This document shows, in pieces, positions 38,464 through 46,402 of a stretch of 64,000 nt of DNA. Made by a program: the position numbers and the translations under genes. The notes below the pieces were generated by a model, which was not told the origin of the DNA, did not search any database, and saw only the letters and a list, made by a program, of their open reading frames with translations. Each line of letters begins with the position of its first letter. Position 1 is the stretch's first letter. This DNA comes from Gammaproteobacteria bacterium (GTDB lineage: Bacteria; Pseudomonadota; Gammaproteobacteria; CBDBNL01; JAAOII01): positions 1,161,048-1,225,047 of the forward strand of contig OZ242303.1 in NCBI GenBank assembly GCA_965207945.1, in the 5' to 3' direction.

Positions 38464-40299
38464 TTACTTAGCATTACTAGATGACCTTCTTCTCACACTA
38501 CTACCAATTAGATAAAAGAACACCGCTATAATAAGCAGCGCCAATCCGCCATAAAGAAACCCTAAAATCGTTTCTCTTCTTAAAGGAAAATCTGGCAGCA
38601 CGCTAAACAACGACTGACTGTCAAGACGTAAAGAATTGACATCCCCTTCAACGTAAAAATTATCTCCATCGTTGCTGCCATAAACATAACCAACCACTAT
38701 ATCTTCAATGTTAGGGTCGGCAATAACCGCTGGATACCAACCCTCACGCTTTTGTTCCAAAACCTGTGGATGAAGTAAAATAGTATCTCCTGTAAGAAGT
38801 TCAGTTTCTTCACCCTGGTCAGGATATGGAAATAAACGCAACCTAAGGTTAACTATGTTGGCTTGTTCTGGGTATGCATCAGCATTAATTGCATTTAGTT
38901 GCATTGTCTCAAGAGGAGTATTGGCGGATATTAATGCTTTACTTATACAATTAGCGCATCTATTATGCTCCACATTAATTAGAGATTGCTTGTGTGTTTC
39001 AAAAGCAATCTGCATATTATCTTTGAGTTGATTAGCAAGCGGCAATAAAGGATGACCTTCTATAGCAACAGCGCCAGATAAAAACTGCCCCAATGCCTCT
39101 TGCAAATTAACTCTATCAAAACCGACTTCATCAACTTTCTTCAAATACTCCATAAGAAAAATTATCATAAATATATGATAATCAACTGGTTTACCATTTT
39201 GAAAGCTAGGAGAACCCACTGGAAATTCAAAAAGTGATTGGACTTCCTGCCCCTCCTCAGAATTGGATTGCTGTCCTGTAGATGGAAAACGAATACTTAA
39301 TGATGAGGGCTTGCCAAACTCAGAACTTCCTTCACCTCTTTCATCAACAATAGCTTCGGCAAGTGCTTCCGCTAAAGAATCTCCATAGCTTTGTTCTTCG
39401 CCCTCACTCCCGCCTAATTGCTCTAATGACTCTCTATTCTCTTGTTGCTGTTTGCCGCCGCGGGATAATCCTTCGCCGGGTGGTAAAAGCTCTTCAATTC
39501 TATCTGGTGAACGGAGCGAAACATCATCAGGCACCTCCACGCCTGCTCTCTCGCTATCTCCCTCTTCCTCTCCCTCCCCTTGCTCCTCAGCATTCGCCGA
39601 TTCCTCAGTATTTTGACCATCCTCATTAGTTCCCTCACCTTCCTCTAGGGCAGATGAGTTAAACAGTTCGGATTCTCCATTGCCCTGATGCTGTTGATGA
39701 GCTGTGCCTCCTTTTGGTGGAACCTCGCCTTCTCCTATAAAATGCCAATGACTTGGACGCGCTCCATTTTCTTTCATAATTGACAGAGCCAAATAGTATA
39801 AATTCAAACTATATATATCCACTCTTACCCGCGTCTTAGCTAAGGGATTAAGTAAACGTAAATAAATATCCAGCGCGTTATCTTCTTGCAATAGTTCTCC
39901 TCTTCTAAATATGTGATTAGAAGTTAACTCTCTAACATAATCATCATGCAATTCAATAACTGGATAAAGCCAAGGCAAGCAATCATGCCTTTCATATTCG
40001 TTGCGCCATGGTCCTGTGCGGCTTTGGCAATTGTAGTTATGCAGGATAGCTGGAGGGCTGCTTGGCAAATCATTAAATACCAAACTGCTTGCGATATCCC
40101 GCGCTAGTATCGCGCTTATTTCTGCGCTTTGCTCTATTTCTTGCTCGGTTTTTTGCTTTGTCAAGCTTAAGGTAATTATTATGACAATTAAAAGAATAAC
40201 AACTCCATTAGCAAGAACATCTGCTAATGCAACTCCGCCAAAATCCACTATTAGATTTTGTTTATTTTTTTCTCCTCTGAGTTTTCTATTATCTTCCAT
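38464..40299 (-). CDS. Hypothetical 611-aa envelope protein with a MotB/ExbD-like Asp-containing N-terminal TM helix, an acidic low-complexity spacer and a C-terminal TM helix
   Basis: N-terminus IVDFGGVALADVLANGVVILLIVIIITL resembles ExbD/TolR/MotB anchors with the conserved Asp. Also has a Glu/Gly-rich central region and a C-terminal ILGFLYGGLALLIIAVFFYLIG followed by RRRSS. Confidence 0.5.
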   Translation of the reverse strand: MEDNRKLRGEKNKQNLIVDFGGVALADVLANGVVILLIVIIITLSLTKQKTEQEIEQSAEISAILARDIASSLVFNDLPSSPPAILHNYNCQSRTGPWRNEYERHDCLPWLYPVIELHDDYVRELTSNHIFRRGELLQEDNALDIYLRLLNPLAKTRVRVDIYSLNLYYLALSIMKENGARPSHWHFIGEGEVPPKGGTAHQQHQGNGESELFNSSALEEGEGTNEDGQNTEESANAEEQGEGEEEGDSERAGVEVPDDVSLRSPDRIEELLPPGEGLSRGGKQQQENRESLEQLGGSEGEEQSYGDSLAEALAEAIVDERGEGSSEFGKPSSLSIRFPSTGQQSNSEEGQEVQSLFEFPVGSPSFQNGKPVDYHIFMIIFLMEYLKKVDEVGFDRVNLQEALGQFLSGAVAIEGHPLLPLANQLKDNMQIAFETHKQSLINVEHNRCANCISKALISANTPLETMQLNAINADAYPEQANIVNLRLRLFPYPDQGEETELLTGDTILLHPQVLEQKREGWYPAVIADPNIEDIVVGYVYGSNDGDNFYVEGDVNSLRLDSQSLFSVLPDFPLRRETILGFLYGGLALLIIAVFFYLIGSSVRRRSSSNAK

Positions 40300-40319
40300 C
40301 GCCTATACTTAACTATAAA

Positions 40320-40835
40320 CTAATTGTCTAAACTTCTCTGAATACGCGAAGGCAAATCTTGCAACCTAACTGCTTGAAGAAAATCATCGTTTGCGACTAT
40401 CCAGCCAATTGAAATTCTGCGATTCGGCCACATTCTCATTAAGCAATCCCGCGCTGCTTTCATTGTCCCAACCCCACCTTCAGTTATGGCAAATATTATC
40501 TGAGTTTTCCCCTTATCATAGACACTCTTAGCATAACGGGCAAAATTACTATCGGTACAAGATTCTTTAAGTTCGGAGTAATCACTAACTTCTTTATTCT
40601 CTATTATCTGCAAACGGTCTGAAAAAGCTAATACTATGTACCCTTCCGCTCCCTGTTCCCAATTAATCTTATAAACACTTTCTTCAATGCTATTTTCAAC
40701 TTGGGCTCTTAGTTGCGCTTCGGCAAATAGATTTATAAGTAGAAATAAAATAAGTAGCAACGCAAAAGCAGCGCCGAAAATTTCTACCATTGGGGTATTG
40801 CCGCCTAGTAACGAAGTTTTTTTAAAACGGCGCAT
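40320..40835 (-). CDS. Hypothetical 171-aa bitopic protein, ExbD/TolR-like anchor
   Basis: Basic N-terminus, then a single TM (MVEIFGAAFALLLILFLLINLF) with Glu where ExbD/TolR carry Asp, and a roughly 130-aa periplasmic domain. Immediately downstream of a MotA/ExbB-like gene. Confidence 0.45.
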   Translation of the reverse strand: MRRFKKTSLLGGNTPMVEIFGAAFALLLILFLLINLFAEAQLRAQVENSIEESVYKINWEQGAEGYIVLAFSDRLQIIENKEVSDYSELKESCTDSNFARYAKSVYDKGKTQIIFAITEGGVGTMKAARDCLMRMWPNRRISIGWIVANDDFLQAVRLQDLPSRIQRSLDN

Positions 40836-40861
40836 CCTATATTTTTAGTTCAAAAGTTCTA

Positions 40862-41989
40862 CTATTTATTATGAGTGATATATTCTTCAATAAATAAAAA
40901 CTTTTGCTCTTCCCACCTTTGTAAAACTGTGTAAATAAAAGCTAAGAATACGCTCAGAGATAACGCAATTAACGTAGTATCAAAAGCAATTCCCAAGGGC
41001 TCCATAGCAGAATTAATGCTGTCGCCTATATTCAGGTTTGACGACTCAACTATATTTCCTATCTCGCTTGCTGCAAGAGAAATACCAAGGACTGTGCCAA
41101 TAAAACCAAGTATAGGAATCGCCCAGTTGATATAGCGCGGAAAAAAATAAAATGTCTCATTTGCCTGCCAAGCAATATCTACAAACCTTTTAGCTACCGC
41201 CTCTGCTGAAGTTTTGCCAGCGGAAGCATACGACTTACTATAATCATGCCAAGCAGTCATTAGAGGAGAGTACTTGATTTTTGACTTCTTATTATTAAGG
41301 ATATTTTTCATAGTAATATTATTAATACTCAATTGATATTTCCCCAACAATAAAATACTTTCCCAATAAAATAAAACCAAGCATAAGGGCGGTATAACAC
41401 CGCGTTGTAAAAATTTAACTTTTAAGAAACCTAACAAACTATTTTGGTCCAGAGTGTGAAAGATTAGCATTGTCAAACAAGTAACAATTGCAGCCACGCA
41501 AAAGCTTAGCAACAAAGAAGGACCACCCATTATTTCCTTAATTCGTTCTTCCACTGTAGAGGTCGCGCCATAAGAGGCAGTTATTATTCTCAGTAGAATC
41601 CCAATAGAACTAAGCCCAAGTAAAAAGAAAAGAATAACTGTGTGCTCCACTATATTTAATCCTTCGCCTCTCAGAAGATTATTCCACAAGAAAAACACTG
41701 CCGTTAAAATGCCAATGAAAAGAACTACAATATTTACTTTAAGTGAATACATAAATGAAACTGCTTCACCGCGACTTCTTTGCAGATAGTACAAACCACC
41801 CGATACCACAATGCCAGATATAAGACCAGGCATAAAAGTCCATCCAAATTGACGCGTTATAGCGCTCAAGCTTATAGTAAGAAAAAACAAATTGAATAAC
41901 CAAATAGGATTATAAAGCTTAGGTGAAATCCCCATAGATAAATTTTGTGATAAGATTTGTCGCGTTTGTACTGATGTTGCTTTTTTCAT
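40862..41989 (-). CDS. MotA/TolQ/ExbB proton-channel family protein, atypical long form
   Basis: C-terminal PILGFIGTVLGI...EPLGIAFDTTLIALSLSVFLAFIYTVLQ aligns by eye with ExbB/TolQ (P.(I/V)GL(F/L)GTV.GI ... GIAEAL.(A/T)T..GL..AIPA...YN). Preceded by about six extra hydrophobic segments. Confidence 0.7.
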   Translation of the reverse strand: MKKATSVQTRQILSQNLSMGISPKLYNPIWLFNLFFLTISLSAITRQFGWTFMPGLISGIVVSGGLYYLQRSRGEAVSFMYSLKVNIVVLFIGILTAVFFLWNNLLRGEGLNIVEHTVILFFLLGLSSIGILLRIITASYGATSTVEERIKEIMGGPSLLLSFCVAAIVTCLTMLIFHTLDQNSLLGFLKVKFLQRGVIPPLCLVLFYWESILLLGKYQLSINNITMKNILNNKKSKIKYSPLMTAWHDYSKSYASAGKTSAEAVAKRFVDIAWQANETFYFFPRYINWAIPILGFIGTVLGISLAASEIGNIVESSNLNIGDSINSAMEPLGIAFDTTLIALSLSVFLAFIYTVLQRWEEQKFLFIEEYITHNK

Positions 41990-41995
41990 ATTGGG

Positions 41996-42445
41996 TTACT
42001 TTTCCTCTTTGGAGGAAGTGGCTGAAGTTGAAGTAGAAGTTGAAGTTGAAGCCATTTGCGCTTTAGCATCCGCATGATGAAAACGCCCGTTTACTGATGC
42101 TCCATGACGCATATCCATATCATTGTAATGAATATCACCGCGAACGACCGAACCTGGCATAAGCACGATTATTCCTTCAGAATAAATAGTGCCTTCCACT
42201 ATCCCCATAACTGTTATTTCAGGGGCATTAAGGTTACCCGCAATCTTGGCATTAGGTCCGACAACCAGAACGTCGCCATTATTTTTATTTTTATCTGAAC
42301 TTATGTTACCTTTTAATTTGCCATCAAAATACATTTTGCCGGTGAATTTTAAGTCACCATTGCACTTTAATGATACATCTATAGATGTATCATATTTTTT
42401 GTTGCCGGGGCCATTTGCACCAGCACCATTGTTACTGCTAAACAT
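41996..42445 (-). CDS. Bactofilin (DUF583) family protein
   Basis: 149 aa with beta-helix repeat pattern (G.L.F.GK..FDGKLKGNI...AKIAGNL.A.E..V.G.VEG.I......V.....VRGDI) and a Ser/Thr-rich tail. Confidence 0.8.
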   Translation of the reverse strand: MFSSNNGAGANGPGNKKYDTSIDVSLKCNGDLKFTGKMYFDGKLKGNISSDKNKNNGDVLVVGPNAKIAGNLNAPEITVMGIVEGTIYSEGIIVLMPGSVVRGDIHYNDMDMRHGASVNGRFHHADAKAQMASTSTSTSTSATSSKEEK

Positions 42446-42548
42446 TTGTAATATCTTTAATATCTCTTTAATTAATTAAATGTTGGAATTAATCCGCTCT
42501 CCACCTTAATACTCAAATACTCAATAAGTATTCAATAAGTGTAAATAT

Positions 42549-42896
42549 CTAAATATCTGTCTCTCCGTGCAAACTTCCCTTAGCTTGAATTGATAAGCTA
42601 TTACACTTAACTTTACCCAATACGGTTCCGCCTGCTAACAAATCACAAGATTTAGAAATAATATCCCCTTCTACTCTGCCATTCACATATACTTTATCTG
42701 CAACTATATTCCCTTGAACAAATCCATGTTTACCAATGGATACATTGCTATCACTTGTAAGATTCCCCTCCAGATGTCCGTCCAAATGCAGGACGCCATC
42801 CAAATTTATATTACCAGTTAATTTTGTTCCACTGGTGATGATTGTAGTGCCAGATTTTGTATATCGTTCTTTATCGCCGTTACTATTTGCTCCCAC
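42549..42896 (-). CDS. Bactofilin (DUF583) family protein
   Basis: 115 aa: TIITSGTKLTGNINLDGVLHLDGHLEGNL...VQGNIVADKVYVNGRVEGDI...VLGKV.C.SL.I...GSLHGE, a canonical bactofilin repeat pattern. Confidence 0.85.
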   Translation of the reverse strand: MGANSNGDKERYTKSGTTIITSGTKLTGNINLDGVLHLDGHLEGNLTSDSNVSIGKHGFVQGNIVADKVYVNGRVEGDIISKSCDLLAGGTVLGKVKCNSLSIQAKGSLHGETDI

Positions 42897-43780
42897 TTTA
42901 TACTTTTATACTTAGAAAAAATTTCCTCAAAATTAGCCAGATTCCAATTATAAAAATAATATGGATTGACTGCGCGTCCCAAATACCTCACTTCATAATG
43001 CAAGTGTGGTCCTGTAGATACCCCCGTGTTACCTCCCTTCGCTATCAATTGTCCTTTTTGGACTATATCTCCCTTTTTAACTAAGTTTTCATGCAAATGA
43101 GTATACATAGTAGAAAAACCAAACCTATGGTCTATAACTATGCTATTCCCATAACCAATCTTCCGTCCCGAGAAAGAAACCGTGCCTCCTGCAGTAGTTA
43201 TTACTCCGTCACCTGTAATAAGTGGCATGTCTATTCCATGATGAAATTGGACTTGATTGTATATAGGATGTCTGCGCACTCCATACGAACTACTTACATA
43301 AGATTCTTTTTGCAGAGGAGTTCCGCTGGGTAAGATATACATAATATTTAAACTTTCTGATACCTTATCCAAAGCATAAGTTAAACCTTCATCTGTAGGT
43401 CCTCTAACTTCGCTAAAAGCGACCAATTCTTTACTTGCAAAAATAGCATTAGTTTTTTTCTTTTTCAACAGATAGCCAAAAATATCCGATGACTCTAAAA
43501 TCTTGTCCTTACGAACGATGACTTCTGATAAATCATCTACCTGTTCGGTTAATTCGTGATTCGCATCCATTGCCACAGAATATTGATTCTGCACCGCAGT
43601 ATAATCTTGTTGAATTTGAAGCTTCCTCTCGTTCAGATATCCCACTAAGTAAAAACTTCCAATAAGAGAGAGAATAATTACTGTAAACGCCCCCGTCAAT
43701 AGATATAGAAATGCCTTATGTAAAGTCATTACATGGGTTCTATTTAGTGTGCTAAATATAATAGTTGATTTTCTATGCAT
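42818..43780 (-). CDS. M23-family (LytM-type) metalloendopeptidase with N-terminal TM and coiled coil
   Basis: HHGIDM (HxxxD) and GPHLHYEV (HxH) zinc-ligand motifs are both present. The 3' end overlaps the downstream bactofilin ORF by 79 nt. Confidence 0.85.
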   Translation of the reverse strand: MHRKSTIIFSTLNRTHVMTLHKAFLYLLTGAFTVIILSLIGSFYLVGYLNERKLQIQQDYTAVQNQYSVAMDANHELTEQVDDLSEVIVRKDKILESSDIFGYLLKKKKTNAIFASKELVAFSEVRGPTDEGLTYALDKVSESLNIMYILPSGTPLQKESYVSSSYGVRRHPIYNQVQFHHGIDMPLITGDGVITTAGGTVSFSGRKIGYGNSIVIDHRFGFSTMYTHLHENLVKKGDIVQKGQLIAKGGNTGVSTGPHLHYEVRYLGRAVNPYYFYNWNLANFEEIFSKYKSIKWEQIVTAIKNDIQNLALQSSPVEQN

Positions 43781-43895
43781 AATCGTTCCTCTTATAACTT
43801 TTTTAAATTATCCTTTAATTATAATATAGTAAGGGTTAAAACAACATAATTTTTTATTTTTTTCTATAATATAAAAACATGCATTTAATTAGATA

Positions 43896-44957
43896 GTGAA
43901 TAGAATTAAAAGTCAAGATTTATCCCCTGTTGAGAGGAACGTCTCATTATATCCAGTAGATATTCAAAGAATAGCGTCTTTATGCGGCTACCATAATGAG
44001 AACATCAAGCAGCTAGCAAAACGGCTGGATGTAGATATAAACCATCGCGGACATCTTTTTCAGATATCTGGAGCAAAGTCCAGATCCGAGCAAGCAGAAA
44101 AATTGCTATTAAAGTTATATAGTGAGACAGAGAAAGGCAACTACATAACCAAAGAAGATGTTCATATAAACTTACAGGAAAGCGCCTTAGAGGACTTAGT
44201 CGCCGCAGATGATAAAGAGCAGCATCCCGATCAGCATCCCCAGCATCAAGGAACACAGGAGGATGGAGGCAATAACCGCAATGAAGAACTTGCGATAATA
44301 ACCCCCAAACAAACAATTATTCCCAAAGGCATCAATCAGAAGAAATATCTTAGCTCTTTGCGTGATAATGATATCCAATTTGTAATAGGACCAGCTGGAA
44401 CAGGCAAAACATATCTTGCCGTTGCCTACGCAGTGCAAATATTAAAACAAAAGAGCATAACTCATATATGCTTGGTGCGCCCCGCAGTGGAAGCTGGTGA
44501 GACGCTCGGATTTTTGCCAGGAACCCTAATTGATAAAATTAACCCTTATTTACGCCCACTTTATGATGCCCTATATGCTACTTTGGGCTATGAGGAAACC
44601 ACCGATTTAATGGAAAAAAATATCATAGAAGTTAACCCACTCGCATATATGAGGGGGAGAACTCTTGATAATTGTGTCGTGATTTTAGATGAAGGACAAA
44701 ATACTTCACGCGAACAAATGAAGATGTTTCTCACCAGATTGGGTTATAATTCCAAAGCAATCATTACAGGAGATTTAACTCAAATTGATTTACCGAGTCG
44801 CATCCCATCAGGAATGATTCAAGCAATTGATATGTTAAAAGATATAAAAGGGATAGGTATAAGTCGTCTAACTTCAAAAGACGTAATACGCCATCCTTTA
44901 GTAACCAAAATAATTAATGCCTATGAGCAATTTCAAAATAAAACTAGTCCTAGATAA
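43896..44957 (+). CDS. phoH: PhoH-like ATPase (YbeZ)
   Basis: Walker A GPAGTGKTYLAVA and the conserved RG.TL...V.LDE.QN motif. GTG start. Carries a His/Gln-rich insertion (EQHPDQHPQHQ). Confidence 0.88.
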   Translation: MNRIKSQDLSPVERNVSLYPVDIQRIASLCGYHNENIKQLAKRLDVDINHRGHLFQISGAKSRSEQAEKLLLKLYSETEKGNYITKEDVHINLQESALEDLVAADDKEQHPDQHPQHQGTQEDGGNNRNEELAIITPKQTIIPKGINQKKYLSSLRDNDIQFVIGPAGTGKTYLAVAYAVQILKQKSITHICLVRPAVEAGETLGFLPGTLIDKINPYLRPLYDALYATLGYEETTDLMEKNIIEVNPLAYMRGRTLDNCVVILDEGQNTSREQMKMFLTRLGYNSKAIITGDLTQIDLPSRIPSGMIQAIDMLKDIKGIGISRLTSKDVIRHPLVTKIINAYEQFQNKTSPR

Positions 44958-45489
44958 AGCCGCTTCCAAGAAATATGCAGCGCACACCAAAAAGCAGGAA
45001 ACTTTAGCTGTTAAAGATGATATTCATAACAAAGAAGATTTGTCGGGATACCGCCCTCACAAGAGTTTATTTAAGCTATGGTTAACCAGTAGCTTGCACT
45101 ACCTGGCGCAACATAGTCAGCACAAGAAACTTCTTACAGAACAAGATGAGTATGAGGTGTATGTCCGTTTAGTGGAAGAAGAAGAGATGCGCCATCTGTC
45201 TGCAAAATATAAACATAGCGGGGAATCTCTATCCGTTTTAAGCTTTCCTTGTGAGGATAGCCGTCCTTTAGGACTTCCTTATGTAGGCGATGTTGTAATG
45301 TGCGGCAAAGCCATTTTTAGTGAAGCGCAAGAATATCATGTAGATTTTAAAGACCACTGGGGGCATTTATTTATCCATTCAGTGTTGCACCTATTTAGTT
45401 TTGAACATGGCACAGAAATGGAAAAATTAGAAGACGATATAATGAAAACTTGCGGGCTACCCGCATTTCACAGCCAATCCAATAAATAG
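44917..45489 (+). CDS. ybeY: rRNA maturation endoribonuclease YbeY
   Basis: HSVLHLFSFEH fits the H-x3-H-x5-H zinc motif, and VLSFP is conserved. Has a long N-terminal extension and overlaps phoH by 41 nt. Confidence 0.8.
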   Translation: MPMSNFKIKLVLDKAASKKYAAHTKKQETLAVKDDIHNKEDLSGYRPHKSLFKLWLTSSLHYLAQHSQHKKLLTEQDEYEVYVRLVEEEEMRHLSAKYKHSGESLSVLSFPCEDSRPLGLPYVGDVVMCGKAIFSEAQEYHVDFKDHWGHLFIHSVLHLFSFEHGTEMEKLEDDIMKTCGLPAFHSQSNK

Positions 45490-45553
45490 CTCAATCACTA
45501 GCTCAATCACCAGTTTAATAAATAGCCCAATAAATAGTTTAATAAATAACTAA

Positions 45554-46402
45554 ATGAAAAATCACCCCCCTGAGCGTCAGCTCAAAATCAATAACTTACC
45601 CCTTAAATTAATAATCAAGTTGTTTGACTTGATAAAGAATAAACAGCAATTAGTAATATTACTTAAAAAAGCAGCTCGCAATGAATTAATAGACGCTGGC
45701 GAATTAAGAATTATAGAAGGAACTTTAAAAATATCTGCCATGCAAGTGCGAGAAATTATGGTGCCTCGCGCCAAGATGACTTACGTGCATGAAAACCAAC
45801 CAATTGATGAATATCTACCCTATTTAATTAAATCAGCCCATTCAAGATTTCCAGTAATCAACGAAGAAGGCAATGTCATTGGAATATTATTGGCTAAGGA
45901 CTTACTTCCTTACCTAAAAAAAACCAATGGGGAGTTCAAGCTCCACGAAGTTATGCATCCAGTGATATATATCCCAGAAAGCAAACGGCTAAATGTTCTG
46001 CTTGATGAGTTTCGTAATAAACGATTGCACATGGCAATAGTCCAAGATGAATACGGCTTAACCGCTGGACTGGTTACTATTGAAGATGTTTTAGAAGAAA
46101 TAGTTGGAGAAATAGAAGATGAGCATGATAAAAGAAAGGTTAAAAGTCCAGGCATAGTTAAGGTTCCTTTTTCCAAAAATCAATATCGGGTAAAAGCAGA
46201 TACTACATTGGAATACTTCAATAATTATTTCGCAACAAGTATTAAAAGAGAAGGGGTAGATACAATTGGCGGCATCATTCTTGATAACCTGCAAAGAATG
46301 CCGCGTAAAGGCGACACCGTCCAACTTGAAAAAATGATTTTAGAAGTTGTGAAACAAGATAAAAGACGTATAGAAGAAATCATGATAACTACCAATAAAT
46401 GA
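45554..46402 (+). CDS. corC: CBS-pair / CorC_HlyC domain protein (magnesium and cobalt efflux CorC / YbeX)
   Basis: MVPR..M, a CBS pair, and C-terminal transporter-associated domain. phoH-ybeY-corC-lnt synteny. Confidence 0.85.
   Translation: MKNHPPERQLKINNLPLKLIIKLFDLIKNKQQLVILLKKAARNELIDAGELRIIEGTLKISAMQVREIMVPRAKMTYVHENQPIDEYLPYLIKSAHSRFPVINEEGNVIGILLAKDLLPYLKKTNGEFKLHEVMHPVIYIPESKRLNVLLDEFRNKRLHMAIVQDEYGLTAGLVTIEDVLEEIVGEIEDEHDKRKVKSPGIVKVPFSKNQYRVKADTTLEYFNNYFATSIKREGVDTIGGIILDNLQRMPRKGDTVQLEKMILEVVKQDKRRIEEIMITTNK

Noticed and set aside
36799-41989. Zorya-type anti-phage system, or a TonB/Tol system, as the explanation for the MotA/ExbB-like cluster
   Set aside because: ZorA is about twice as long with a long cytoplasmic tail, and it is accompanied by ZorC/ZorD or ZorE nuclease/helicase-type genes. 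None are present here. I also saw no TonB C-terminal domain, TonB-dependent receptor, TolA/TolB/Pal or OmpA-like domain. The neighbours (bactofilins, M23, SPOR) point to envelope biology instead.
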